Positions 1 to 13,497 of a stretch of DNA of 64,000 nt are shown here, piece by piece. The DNA is from Eledone cirrhosa. Taxonomy: Eukaryota. Numbering within the stretch: position 1 is the first letter of the stretch; each line of letters opens with the position of its first letter. The translations under genes and the position numbers were made by a program. The stretch covers positions 281,046,001-281,110,000 of the forward strand of contig OZ024741.1 in NCBI GenBank assembly GCA_964016885.1. The letters are read 5' to 3'. Under the pieces are notes generated by a model, which saw only the letters and a list, made by a program, of their open reading frames with translations, searched no databases and was not told the origin of the DNA.

Positions 1-956
1 CAGAGGTCTCACTCCCACGCAACATTGCTGTTCTAATGTATGCATCATACAGTCTGCCTTTCATTTTGAGGGAAAAACCTTTTGCAGCTAGCAGTGGTAG
101 TAGCTCCCTGAACTTCTTCCATCCCGTTCTTACTCTGGCTACTGTACTTTCAGAACACCTACCTCTGCTGCTAATTCGGTCACCTAGGTAGCAGAAGCTA
201 TCTACAGTTTCTACCAAGCCCTCTCAGAATTTGGTAGTGTTTATTTCCTGTAGTCATTGGCTGCTGACTGACCCAGTGCAACTGTTATATGTAAAGCCAA
301 CATTCTTAGCTAAACTTCCTGAGATCCCACCACATCTCTTGTGTACCCATAGTTTGCATTTGGGGCAGAGGATGGAATTTCTACCTACACTTTTCCTACA
401 TACTGTTCAAGGCCATTTCCCTGCTGGGATCTGGGTTCTGTTTTCTCTTCTAGTCTTTGTCAGGTTGACTTTGAAAGCCCTTCTTTCCAGGCCCTGCTTC
501 TATGTTTGGAATTTCTTCTCTAGTTCTGCCATAGATTCTGCTATATGTGTAAGATCATCACCGTACAGAAGCTCCCATGTGCATCCTATCTTAAACTCCT
601 CTGTTATAGCCTGCAATATGATAATAAACAGGAGAGGGCTAAGAACAGTGTCCTAGTGGACAACCAACCTGTATGTTAAATGCCTTGTTATAGTCATTGT
701 TAACCTTAACTTTGCTGACTGCTCCCCTATACATGACTTATACAGCCTTCACAAGCCACTCATATACTCCTAGTTTTCTAAGAGCCCACCAGATTATAGC
801 ACAGGGCACTCTATTGAAGGCTTTTTCCAGATCGACAAATGCCAGGTAGAGCGGCTTACTTTTAGCTAGGTACTTTTCCTGTAACAGCCTTACAAGGAAG
901 AAGGCATCAGTGGTGTTTTTGTCTGGCATAAACCCAAACTGCATCTCATCTGTCAC
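1..956 (-). mobile_element. RTE-clade non-LTR retrotransposon, degenerate RT fragment
   Basis: Minus ORF 738-956 reads QFGFMPDKNTTDAFFLVRLLQEKY...LYLAFVDLEKAFNRVP (RT motifs). 1-370 is homologous to the RTE copy at about 52260-52620. Confidence 0.9.
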
Positions 957-1752
957 CTTTAGTAAGTTATTTTTTAGGAACTCCCAGTACTTTTCTATAT
1001 TGAATGTCTCTATCTGTTCTTCTTTACTATCATAGGTGTCAAGTAAGATATCTTTAAAATATGTTACTGGCTGAGAGATCTTTCAGCTTCCAGATCTTTC
1101 TTCTCTATGTTGCCTTTTGTTTCCAAGTTCCTCTAGTTCTGACAATGAGGTCAATATATATATATATATATATATAGCTTTCCCAATCAATCAAACAAAA
1201 TCTAGTTAGCTACTGTAGGTAAACAGCCAGACAGCCACAAAAGAATCATCTCCAACTTCCATGACATTTGCAAGATGTTTACTAACTTCTGATCCTCCCA
1301 TTGGAACAACAAAATATATCTTCTGGCAGCTGTTACAGCTTAGTGTCTATATCTTAGAAGATAGGCTATGGAGAGAGTGCATAGTTTCACTGCTAACGCT
1401 AACGCTTCATAGTCACCTGTGTTAACGTATGTGTGTTTGTATACTTGTCTGTCTGTCTGTATGCAAGGATGGATGCATGCATGTATTTGTATGTATGTCT
1501 ATAATACATGTTCGTGTGTATGCATGCATGCATGTTTACGTATGTATGTATGCATGTGTGTGTATGTATGCATGTAATGTATGTATCATCATCACTGTTT
1601 AAAATCTGTTTTCTATGCTTACATGGGTTAGATAGATTGTTACCCCCTGTGGCTTGACTGGTCAGGTGACCACTCTAACTTTTATGTTCCATTTTTGGTT
1701 TGTTTTCTACAGTGGCTGGTCTTCCTAACATCAACCATGTTACAGTATGTAC

Positions 1753-2748
1753 TGTGTACATTTTATCATGGCACCAGCACTACCATATTATAGGGTGGAT
1801 TGGGTACATTTTATCATGGCACAAACACTATCATCTTATAGGGTCGATTGGGTACATTTTATCATGCCACCAGCACTACCATCTTATAGGGTGGATTGGG
1901 TACATTTTATCATGGCACCAGCACTACCATCTTATAGGGTGGATTGGGTACATTTTATCATGGCACCAGCACTACCATCTTATAGGGTGGATTGGGTACA
2001 TTTTATCATGGCACCAGCACTACCATCTTATAGGGTGGATTGGGTACATTTTATCATGGCACCAGCACTACCATCTTATAGGGTGGATTGGGTACATTTT
2101 ATCATGGCACCAGCACTACCATCTTATAGGGTGGATTGGGTACATTTTATCATGGCACCAGCACTACCATCTTATAGGGTCGATTGGGTACATTTTATCA
2201 TGGCACCAGCACTACCATCTTATAAGGGGGATTGGGTACATTTTATCATGGCACCAGCACTACCATCTTATAGGGTGGATTGGGTACATTTTATCATGGC
2301 ACCAGCACTACCATCTTATAGGGTGGATTGGGTACATTTTATCATGGCACCAGCACTACCATCTTATAGGGTGGATTGGGTACATTTTATCATGGCACCA
2401 GCACTACCATCTTATAGGGTCGATTGGGTACATTTTATCATGGCACCAGCACTACCATCTTATAAGGGGGATTGGGTACATTTTATCATGGCACCAGCAC
2501 TACCATCTTATAGGGTGGATTGGGTACATTTTATCATGGCACCAGCACTACCATCTTATAGAGTGGATTGGGTACATTTTATCATGGCACCAGCACTACC
2601 ATCTTATAGGGTGGATTGGGTACATTTTATCATGGCACCAGCACTACCATCTTATAGGGTGGATTGGGTACATTTTATCATGGCACCAGCACTACCATCT
2701 TATAGGGTGGATTGGGTACATTTTATCATGGCACCAGCAGTACCATTT
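1753..2748. repeat. 48-bp minisatellite, about 21 units, grown from an RTE 3'-UTR subrepeat
   Basis: Unit GGGTACATTTTATCATGGCACCAGCACTACCATCTTATAGGGTGGATT. It explains the 16-aa-periodic ORFs 1700-2767 and 1747-2841 and continues directly from an RTE-tail repeat at about 1585-1750. Confidence 0.95.
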
Positions 2749-2963
2749 GACAGTATTTGGGTGGTAGTTGTATCCTTGGCCAGGTTGGGAAGTTGGTGTT
2801 ATATGAGAGTTGAAGGGAGAGAGCTATATCTTGTTTGCTGAGGAGGAGTGGTCATGTCAGTGTATGACATACATACACACACGTACCAACTCTACATCCC
2901 ACCATGCATCAAGTACTACACTGATTTGTGGTCTTCCTCATCTTTGCACTGCAGACAATATGT

Positions 2964-3007
<44 letters not shown>

Positions 3008-3142
3008 TCATCACGCTAGCATGGAATATATATTAGAACATGCCAATGGTAGTCAGCTGGCGCCCGGCTACCATTGGCATGTTCTACGACATCCAGATAT
3101 ATATATAGCTGACGTACCTAGCTAAACAGATAAGCCGTCTGT

Positions 3143-4635
3143 GTAGTATAGTATTACTGTTGAAAGTATATAGTATAGTATTACTGTTGAAAATATATAG
3201 TATAGTATTACTGTTGAAAATATATAGTATAGTATAGTATTACTGTTGAAAATATATAGTACAGTATTACTGTTGAAAATATACACCACCCCCTTAAATG
3301 TCACGACAAAAAAACACACAGTCCACGCTGTAATGTGGCTGTGTAGGTAACACGGTAAAAACCTCCCAGTCCACACTGTAAACGTGGTTGGTGTTGGAAA
3401 GGGCACCCAGCCATAGAAAACCCGCCAGACGTGTAGGTGTCACGACAATAAAACACACAGTCCACGCTGTAATGTGGCCGTGTAGGTAACACGGTAAAAA
3501 CCTCCCAGTCCACACTGTAAACGTGGTTGGTGTTAGGAAGGGCATCCAGCCGTAGAAAACCCGCCAGACAGTCCTGAGAAAGTCAACCGATCTTGCCTCA
3601 AGTGGGACAATTCCCGTCCAGACCCATGCTAGCGTAGAAAATGGACGTTAAACGTTGATGATGATGATGATGATGATAGTATTACTGTTGAAAATATATA
3701 GTATAGTATGACTGTTGAAAACATATAGTATAATATTACTGTTGAAAATATATAGTACGGTATTACTGTTGAAAATATATACTATAGTATTACTGTTGAA
3801 AATATATAGTACAGTATTACTGTTGAAAATATATAGTACAGTATTACTGTTGAAAATATATAGTACAGTATTACTGTTGAAAATATATAGTACAGTATTA
3901 CTGTTGAAAATATATAGTACAGTACAGTATTACTGTTGAAAATATATAGTATAGTATTACTGTTGAAAATATATAGTACAGTATTACTGTTGAAAATATA
4001 TAGTACAGTATTACTGTTGAAAATATATAGTACAGTACAGTATTACTGTTGAAAATGTATAGTATAGTATTACTGTTGAAAATATATAGTACAGTACAGT
4101 ATTACTGTTGAAAATATATAGTACAGTACAGTATTACTGTTGAAAATATATAGTATAGTATTACTGTTGAAAATATATAGTACAGTACAGTATTACTGTT
4201 GAAAATGTATAGTATAGTATTACTGTTGAAAATATATAGTATAGTATTACTGTTGAAAATATATAGTATAGTATTACTGTTGAAAATATATAGTACAGTA
4301 TTACTGTTGAAAACAGTTTAGTATAGTATTTCTGTTGAAAATATATAGTATAGTACAGTATTACTGTTGAAAATATATAGTATAGTATTACTGTTGAAAA
4401 TATATAGTAGAGTATTACTGTTGAAAATATATAGTATAGTATTTTTGTTGAAAATATATAGTATAGTATAGTATCACAGTTGAAAATATATAGTATTACT
4501 GTTGAAAATATATAGTACAGTATTACTGTTGAAAATATATAGTATAGTATAGTATTACTGTTGAAAACATAGTATAGTATTACTGTTGAAAATATATAGT
4601 ATAGTATAGTATGACTTGAATACGTATAGTATAGT
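3143..4635. repeat. 27/32-bp AT-rich minisatellite (ATATAGTACAGTATTACTGTTGAAAAT) interrupted by an RTE tail
   Basis: Tandem units at about 3143-3283 and 3677-4635. Confidence 0.95.
3284..3676 (+). mobile_element. RTE 3'-UTR-derived insertion with (GAT)n tail and internal 139-bp tandem duplication
   Basis: Ends CATGCTAGCGTAGAAAATGGACGTTAAACGTT(GAT)n, like the RTE tail at 51568. GTCACGAC...CCCGCCAGAC is repeated at 3300 and 3439. Confidence 0.8.
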
Positions 4636-4869
4636 ATGTATCTATCTAAAAAGACAGAGTAAGAAAGAGAGAGGAATGTCGTATTATGCATATTATATAT
4701 AATAAAATACCAGTAATGTACTGAGATAATTGCTGGCCTTGTGCCAAAAGTAGAAACAATTATACTTCTTTTTTATACAACCGCAAATAACTTGTTTATG
4801 TATGTATATATACGTATAAAGGAATGCTGTAATAAAATGTACAAATTAAACTGTCTTATTTATGATACA

Positions 4870-4922
<53 letters not shown>

Positions 4923-5044
4923 CACACACAGACAGCCATAATGCAGACAGCCAGCATACAGAGACATATTGTAAGGGCGCAACATTATAGCTATATATCT
5001 ATCTAAAAAGACAGACTATACCCATACATATATATGTATATATA

Positions 5045-5270
5045 TTAACCTTTTAGCATTCACATTATTTTATATATACTATTATATTTTCATAGTAAAG
5101 GCTTTACCTCACATAGTTATCTCACATATTATCGAATCTATGAGATTTTGAGTATTTACTTTGAGAACAATACCTTAACATCAGTTTGAGCGGCCAGTTA
5201 CAGCCAGTTTCAACAGAAAGAGGTAGAGAATTCTGGCTGGTTTTGGCCAGTTTGAACGCTAAAGGGTTAA
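5045..5270. mobile_element. TTAA-flanked MITE (piggyBac-like ends)
   Basis: TTAA-CCTTTTAGCATT ... AACGCTAAAGGG-TTAA. Homologous copies at 5796, 46248 and 50437. Confidence 0.8.
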
Positions 5271-5795
5271 GGAACTTATCTAAGTTGCTGTTGCTTGATG
5301 GTAACACAAGTTGATTTATCTGTGTTGGCTCCATCAGCACTCAATGATAGGCAAAGTGAAATCATTGTTTCATTGGCAATTCAGTATTGAATTTAGAAAG
5401 GACCATGAACAAACAACATAGATGATGTGTGAAACTCATAAGAAGCCAACAACAACAACAAATAGCCAGGAAAGAAGAAAACACATTTACCTAGACTATA
5501 GTGGTGTCTAATGCACCAACTGTACATGCAGTTATAAGCACATCAACAGCAATTGCATAAACAATAAGGACTTGTGCTTAGTCATCAGCAGTCATTTGTC
5601 CCAAGAACTATGATTGAACTTGCTAGCTTAGACTATGTGCTAGTACTTACTATCTTTATATGTTTAATTACTCAGCATAATGGTGGTAGTGTCTATGACC
5701 TTTGTTCTCTTTGCACATCAATACATATATATCTGATGTATGTATAAAATATGAACCAAAAAGTTGTAGTTCTAGAATGTCATTTGGCAACATGT

Positions 5796-6010
5796 TTAAC
5801 CCTTTAGCATTTACATTAATCTATACTATTATATTTTCATGGCTTTACCTCACATAATTATCTCACATAATACCAAATCTATGAGATTTTGATATTATGT
5901 TGAGAGCAATACCTTAACATCAGTATAAGTGGCTGGTTATAGCTGGTTTGAACAGAAAGAGGTGAGAGAATTCTGGCCGGATATGGCCGGTTGAAATGCT
6001 TAAGGGTTAA
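5796..6010. mobile_element. TTAA-flanked MITE, same family
   Basis: TTAA-CCCTTTAGCATTT ... AAATGCTTAAGGG-TTAA; body alignable to the 5045 copy. Confidence 0.8.
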
Positions 6011-7262
6011 TGTAAAATCTGGGTAATGAGACACAGTAATTATGATGAGAAAATGTGAGTTGAAAGGATTAAAAGTTGTAGTTATATAGTAGATAGAGAA
6101 CTTTTAATTTGTACCTATTGTTGCTAATTAGCTAGATGATCTTGCTAATTAGCCAGATGACCTTGCTAATTAACCAGATGACCTTCTTGTGATGTGGTAT
6201 AGGCTGCAATAACAGCAATAATACCAGCAGCCACAATAGTAGTAGCAACAGTATCAGTAAGAACATTGCCCCAGATATGTAGGTAATCCTCCAGAATGCC
6301 TTATCTGATCATTGTAGAAGATCAAGAACTGATTAAGGTTGAAGTATTAACTAGGTTTTTGCACTGCAGTTTTGGCAATATTTATATGTCAGAGGTCTTG
6401 ATGAGAGATCATTAGTGATTGTAACACTAAGCATTTAGTAACTTGAGTTGTTATTTAGTGCAAAATTAGTCAACCCTGGAAGTAAGAGTGATAGGATAGT
6501 ATATTGAGAGAGGCTTTTTTTTTTAGTGGAAGATTAAGATACAATGTTCTACATTTCTACAGGTTATGGTAGATTCCTTTAGAAAGAAACAAGATTGAAA
6601 AGTTGGGCGAGTATAGTAGATAGGTCTCTTGCGTACGTTACAGTTAATAGAAGGAACCATGTCGACTGATCACCTTGTTGGGTTGAAGTGCCTGGGGGCG
6701 TTTTCCCAAATACCAAATCAAGTGCATGTATATGGTAGTGAGAGATTGATGAAGTGAAGAATGAGAATTAGGGAGGAGTTTTGTTTAGTTGGAACCAAAT
6801 TGGACTGTGAATCATCATCATCATCATCATCGTTTAACGTCCATTTTCTACACTAGCATCAGTTAAAAATGTCCCATTGTGAAATGTCAGATCAGGTGGT
6901 GGTGTCTTGCTCATACAGAACTGTTTCTGGCTTGGTTTCTACAGCTGGTTGTCCTTCCTAACGCCAACGACATTTACAGTGTGGACTGGTTACTTTTAAT
7001 CATGGCATCAAAATGATCCCCTTATAGGGTGGGCTGGGTGCTTTTTGTCGTGTCACCAACATAAACACTTTGCAGAGAAGGTTGGGGGCTTTTTGTCGTG
7101 TCACCAACACAACCACTTTACAGGTTGGGCTGGGGGCATTTTCTATTGGAATGCTGCTTTTAGAGCCATCTTCATTGAAGTATGATGAGTAAAAGGATTT
7201 TTGACTATGAAAATAGTCAAACAAATTGGGCATATAAGCCACTAGAGACAGAAAAGGTGGAA

Positions 7263-7385
7263 AGTATTGGCTGCTGGAATCAAACTCACACTCAAAAGGG
7301 ACAGTATTGGCTGCTGGAATAAAACTCACACTCAAAAGGGGACAGTATTGGCTGCTGGAATCAAACTCACTCAAAAGTGGACAGT
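7263..7385. repeat. About 40-bp tandem repeat, 3 copies
   Basis: AGTATTGGCTGCTGGAATCAAACTCACACTCAAAAGGGAC repeated three times. Confidence 0.85.
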
Positions 7386-8339
7386 GTCTCACAGGTAATA
7401 CTGTCCACTTTTCTGTCTTTAGGAGTTTACATGCTCAACTAGTTGGATTGTTTCCATAGAGAAAAAAAAAAGAATCCAGCTTGTTTTGTGTCTCTGAGTC
7501 TGTCTGAAGTTGCAGATCTTTGGTCTATATATTGAGCGGTTCATTCTTCACCGAGGAAAGAGTATTCCAAAACAGATACTCATCCCACTTCCTGGTGAGA
7601 TTGAAAGTTACCTGGGTTATATGCTCACTTGATTAGTAGGCGATCAGCTGGCTGGCAGATTCTTTTTGATGTTAGTAGTGCAAATGGTAAGGCCATTTAC
7701 ATAATAGAGCTTTGGTTCTTCTTCATTCCTTGTACCAAATCCATAGCCTCCATTCATGTATATCAGGTGCGCGTGCGTGCACCCCCCCCAACTCTCTCTC
7801 TCTCTCTCTCATATCTAATGCATACATTTTTGTAAAAAACAAACAGTGTACATACATGCTATTAACATGGCATTCTGCCAAAGCTTTTACGAACACCCTA
7901 AATGCTTAAGATACCATTAACAAGAGTGGAATGAATGGTAAACTATACTAACATGAGTGGCTTTGGTCTTCTGCCATGTTACACGAAAATTTGGGCTGTG
8001 GAGTGCTACTACAAAACACTAAGATATTTTTAAAGTCAATAGTGGAAAGTTTAAAGTAGCAAAAGGCCAATGTCATATGATGGCTATAGGATTCTGTGAC
8101 TCATCCAACACTATTGACTAGAAGAAAATAGACTGTGGGAAACACTACAGAAGAGTCCAGCCTGGAAATGAAAGAAGTACAAAACAAATGGATATCTCTT
8201 TGAAGGTGGATTGTGCCACAGACTAGACTGGGTTGTGTACAAGACAAATGGCTATCTCATTAAAGCTGGGCTGTATCATGTATTGGACTGGGTTGTGTAC
8301 AAGACAAATGGATATCTCAACAGAATAAATTGGGCAGGT

Positions 8340-8690
8340 GTAATGCCTTGGTGAAAAATCTTAAAATATACATTAAGCAGAGTTATGGGTTGGAAATTTT
8401 ATAGTGTCCCCGTGTTGGCATCTTTTCTTAGCAGCACTACCAAACCCTGGTTCACAGAACTGCAAATTCTGTTTTGGTAGATGTCTGCCAAGGGACCACT
8501 GAACAAGTTTGACATGAACTCATAAAGTTCATAGTGTAAATTATCCAAACCAGGTGACTTCTATCTCTTGCAGCCATTTACCATTTCTTCTATCTCAGCA
8601 GCTGTTATTGACCCTTTGCAGTATGTCTCGTCTTCTGCTACATGTCACAGATGGTCGATGAGGTGTGTATGAGGTTCATCAATGTTTTCG
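8340..8690 (-). mobile_element. Degenerate L1/Tx1-like RT fragment
   Basis: Minus translation GLVVLLEKDANTGTL*NFQPITLLNVYFKIF resembles the RT motif NFRPITLLNxDYKI. Confidence 0.55.
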
Positions 8691-11684
8691 ATGACCTATT
8701 GCTTATACTGAAGAATTGAGCAAAGTGTCACTAAAAGGCCATCTGCATTTAGTCTGGGTTGTTTAGCATCTGTGTATACTGTGCAACTGTGCATATCATG
8801 AATTTGTAGCTGTCCAGTTTGAATTGTGGACATACATACACACACACATACATACATACACATGCACACATGCATGCATACACATACATACACAGACATA
8901 CGCACATACATATATGCAAGCAAGTATGCATGCATGTATGTCAGACTGTTGGAATTAGGAGCAGGTTTATAGTAATAATAATTCTTTCGTTTAATAGCTT
9001 CTCAAATATTGCATTATATATGGGGTCAATAAAATAAAGGACCAGTAATGCATATGCATTTGGATCGATTTAATTGCCCCCCCCCCCCCCAAGTTATCCT
9101 TGTGCCTATATCAATGGCACTGAAAGCTCAAAGATCACTGAATGTATCCTGTTGCAGATGTAATAGAAGAAATCTATTTTGTATGTTATACATTTCAATG
9201 AATATAGTGATTTTGTGTAGTACTTTAGCTATTTTGTTACCATATCTCTAGTGAAATACACTGTTTATCAATTCATTTTCTTCACCCTCTTCCTGGGAGG
9301 GTTGTAAAGGCAGAGTCCTCAAACACACCTTCCAGCGGGTCCTGTCAAAATCTAATGTCTCCAATTGTTCCCACTGGATCCTTGAGTGAGACCAACTGAG
9401 CGTGTGAATGTTATCCAACCAATTTACTCAGTATCTACCCCTGGATCTCCTACTAGTTAGAATGTGTATCAGTTAATTTTTAAAATTTGAAGAATTTAAT
9501 AAAATAACTAACCATTTCATTAGTAAACTGTTGTTTGAAACATTATTTAACAAAAATGTCTTCAATAAAATTATGATGGAAAATGTTAATATAAGTATAA
9601 GTACTTTAACTCTTTTGTTACCATATTTCTAATGAAACACACTGTCGATATGTACAATTAGTTTTGAAAATTTGAAGAATTTACTTAGATAACTAATCTT
9701 TTCATTAGTAAGGAAAGAAGAAGATAATAGACATAACATTTAGTCTTGCTGTGAATATTTTAAATTGTAATCAGGTCACAGCTATCTCAGCATTGGGGGA
9801 GGGTTTAAGAGCAGTAGATGCATGTATTTTACTGTTGTTACAGTTCATCAGCTTACACCCACATACTGAGGTATGAAAGAAAGAAAGATAATTTTGTAAA
9901 CAAACGATTTTGGTGGAAACTTATTGACAGATAAAGGTGGCAAAATGGCTGAGTCATTAGAGGCGTCAGATTAAAAATGCCTCAGTATTTGTACTGGCTC
10001 ACTACACTCTGAGTTCAAATCTTACTGAGATCAAATTTGCTTTCCATCCTTTCGATGTTAATAAAATAACTACGAATCAAGTACTGGGGTTGATTCATTC
10101 TCTCTATCTCTTTCTCACTTCCTTGTCACCGCTTTCTCAGTCTATATCCTTCTCTGGAAGAAATCTGCTGTATTCAGACCTGGAGAGGTGATGGGCTCTG
10201 CAAACATTGGAATGTCCAAGTCAATGTATATCACTACAGTGCCTCTATGACTTCATTTGGAATTACAGGTCCATACATATATCATTTATGTGATGTTAGA
10301 AGTGAATATAAAAGCTGCTGTCTGGGAGAGTCAAAGTTTGTGAGTTGGGACACAACAATCATTTGTTCCTATCGAGGAAAAAGTTTAGTAAAGACCATCT
10401 GAAGGGTATATCATGGGTGATAATAGAAACACCATCAGTTCCAATTATCTTTGCCAACAATTGCTGCAAAGTCTTTTGCTGTTAGTGTCAGTGTGGTCAT
10501 GAGGAAACTATAAATATGGAGGTATTATCCTCGAACAAGGGGGTGTTATTCTCAAATATTAAGTTGGTTGATTTGTTAGAGTTGTTTGAGCATTGATTAT
10601 TTGTTCCATGGGTCTCTCTGTTCTGAGTTCAAACCCTACTGAAATCCACTTTGACTTTCATCCTTAAGGGGTTGATAAAGAAATTACCAGCCCATTGCCG
10701 GTGTAGCTCTCTCTTCTTCTAGCTGTCACATTCTGAATGTTTCACTGGATTAAGGGAGGGTGGGTTGAGAGTGTGTTTCTGTCTGTTTGTGGCTCTATGG
10801 GTACCTAAAACCATGGTACATACTACCAAGTCATACTCGATTGTAAGTGACAGTTGCAATTAGTTTTTATTGCAGTTGTGTGTGCTCCCAGTACATACTG
10901 TAAAGTAGCTGTGATGCCACAATAAAAAAACCCCTGCCCAGTTGACCATGTAAAGTTAGTGTTGATGCTATAATAAAATGCTCTCAATGCTTGATGTAAG
11001 GTGGCAGTGCTGGTGCCACGATAATAAATATCATGCACACACAATCCACCATGTAAAATGGTAGTGCTGGTGTCGCAATAAAATACTCCTAGTACACACT
11101 ATCAAGAGGTTGTGCTGATGCCAAGAAAAAATACTCCCACTACATACTATAAAGTGGTTGTGTTGATGCCAAGAAAAGAATTCTCCCACTACATACTATA
11201 AAAAAAACAACAACAATAAAAATATCCTACCCTGTCGACTATGTAAAGAGATAGTGTTGATGCTATGATAAAATACTCTCAGTGCATGCTGTGAAGTGGC
11301 TGGTATTAGGAAGGGCATCTAGCCATAGAAACCAAACTAAATGTAGAATGTATGAGCAAGATATCGCCATCTGACTAGCCTAGCTTCAGAACATGATAAC
11401 AAAGGAAAATGGATATTAAATAGTGATGATAATGGCGAAAAGTATATTCTGTCATATAAATTGCTTACTGAAACATATTTCTAAAAGATTGCCATTTTCA
11501 ATCAGGAGCTGTTTGGGTGTTCAGGTTACCTAAATTTATCTTAAACATCAGCATAGGAACTAATTTGGTTCAATAACAGTGAGAATTTAATCTGTTTCAG
11601 CCTCTCCCATATTGATAAAGTAGATTATACTACTTCAGTTTTATAATTCCTTCTTATGTTTGTGTGTGTATATATATATATATA

Positions 11685-12515
11685 TCTATCTATTAATTTC
11701 AACAATGTCATTATTCCGTGTGTCATAATTCTCGATTATCATTGGTTCATAGGTTTCAAACGACTCCGCCCACCTCAACAACGCCAAACTTAAATTAATA
11801 TGCATAATGCCAATGAGGGAGTGAGAGGGGAGAGTAAGAAACAGAGAGGCAAAGTGAACGCTGTAACTATTACCATGTGTGCATGTGTATGTACGTGAGC
11901 GTATGTTTATGTGTGTGTGCATGCAGCGTTCCACAGAAAGTGAAAGCAATTCGACTTTATTAAACAGTGAACTACTGCGGCGACGGCGTGCAGCCAGGAA
12001 TGAAGAAAAACGGGCTGAACAGCGCCATCGGAATGCCGAACTTCAGAGGCGAAGACGTGCCGCCATGAATGAAGAGGAGCTGGCTGAACAACGCCAATGA
12101 AACACTGGAGCCAAACAGCGACGGCGTGCTGCGATGGTTGAAGACGAACTGGCTGAGCATCATCTTTTATATTAATTATCTATATATTATATAAAAATTG
12201 GAACTTCCATCATCCTTTTGAGAAACATGGAACAACCACGTCTATGCAATGATACACGTTTTACAGTCAGGCAGAAGATGAACCATCTCCTAGAGGTCAC
12301 TCTTCTAGGTGGGAGCACCTAGAATTGTTCATATACTAGGCACAACGAAGAACCTGCTATATCTGGAAAATTTTTAAAATTGTTTTTTCTATCACACAGA
12401 CACCACAGGCTCGCCTCATACTATAACTAGACAAACATCCAATACAGTCACTTTCTGTTTTACCTGTCTTCTCTTATCATCTGTTTACCTGGGCGAAACT
12501 GGGTCCGCCAGCTAG
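11685..12515 (+). mobile_element. Non-autonomous (internally deleted) Helitron
   Basis: A|TC start at 11685 and CTAG|T end at 12515, with a degenerate subterminal hairpin ACCTGGGCGAAACTGGGT. 12191-12313 translates IKIGTSIILLRNMEQPRLCNDTRFTVRQKMNHLLEVTLLGG (PIF1-type helicase LLRN..P.LCNGTR motif). R/E-rich 60-bp repeats at 11970-12160. Confidence 0.85.
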
Positions 12516-12913
12516 TATATATGTATGCCAGCTTGTATAAATTGGCATTAAATGACACGCTCGCCCACCCACCCACTCACTCACATAGTTAAGGCATATG
12601 CATTACCACTAAATGGATTGAACTGGTGAAGAAAAAGCAAACGGCGGTCACATTGACTTGAAATAAATGCTAAACACTCCACAATAGATTGCCATAAAAT
12701 AACATTTGCAGTGTTTCATTTTTCTTAGTCTAGTGTTAGTGATTTACACAATAAATGCACCTAGTGCATGCTGAAAAGTGGTTGGTGATAGGAAGGGAAT
12801 CCAGCCATAGAAAGCTTGGCAAAGAAGGGGTTGGGAGGATCCTCCAGTTGTGTCAAAGACATGACAACCTCTCTAGTACTGGTACCACAGTAAACTGCAT
12901 TTGGTAGAACAAC

Positions 12914-13407
12914 TCCAACTCACAAGTCTTACTCCTGCAGATGACCAGCTTTGTCCCAATAGCAGTATGGAGGTAGTTTTGAGACCCAGAATGCCAGAGG
13001 TCTCCACTGCTATACGTTTAATGACAAACCTATTGGAAAGTGGCTGATACTTCAACAACTTGTGATCTTCAGTTGTATCTGTATTTGTAATCTTGCTGAT
13101 AAAAATTATAACAAACTCTAAAAGACCATTATTAACCATAATGTGTTAGTGTATTTGTGTGTGTGTATATATATCATCATCATCGTTTAACGTCTATCTT
13201 CCACGCTAGCATGGGTTAGACGGGAATTGTCCCACTTGAGGCAAGATTGGTCGGGTGATTGTGTTTCGCTCATATAGAACTATCTGGCAGGTTTTCTACG
13301 GCTGGATGCCCTTCTTAACATAACCACATTCACAGTGCGTCTAACCCATGCTAGCGTGGAAAATGGACGTTAAACGAAGATGATGATGATGATACTAGGG
13401 TTGCATC

Positions 13408-13453
<46 letters not shown>

Positions 13454-13497
13454 GTAATTCTTCAACGTATCAGTAACCACATAAATTATAGGGTTTC
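12914..13497 (+). repeat. Local segmental duplication, copy 1 (copy 2 at 15330-15913)
   Basis: Near-identical from TCCAACTCACAAG through the CRE fragment, microsatellite, RTE tail and ...ATAAATTATAGGGTTTC. Confidence 0.9.

Noticed and set aside
1700-2841. Two overlapping ORFs of 355 and 364 aa
   Set aside because: Products of a 48-bp minisatellite that lacks stops in two frames; no coding evidence.
6563-6600. Candidate ATG-bearing upstream ENO4 exon after ttctacag
   Set aside because: The frame stops within 11 codons, and a 6-nt micro-exon with a weak donor cannot be supported without RNA data.
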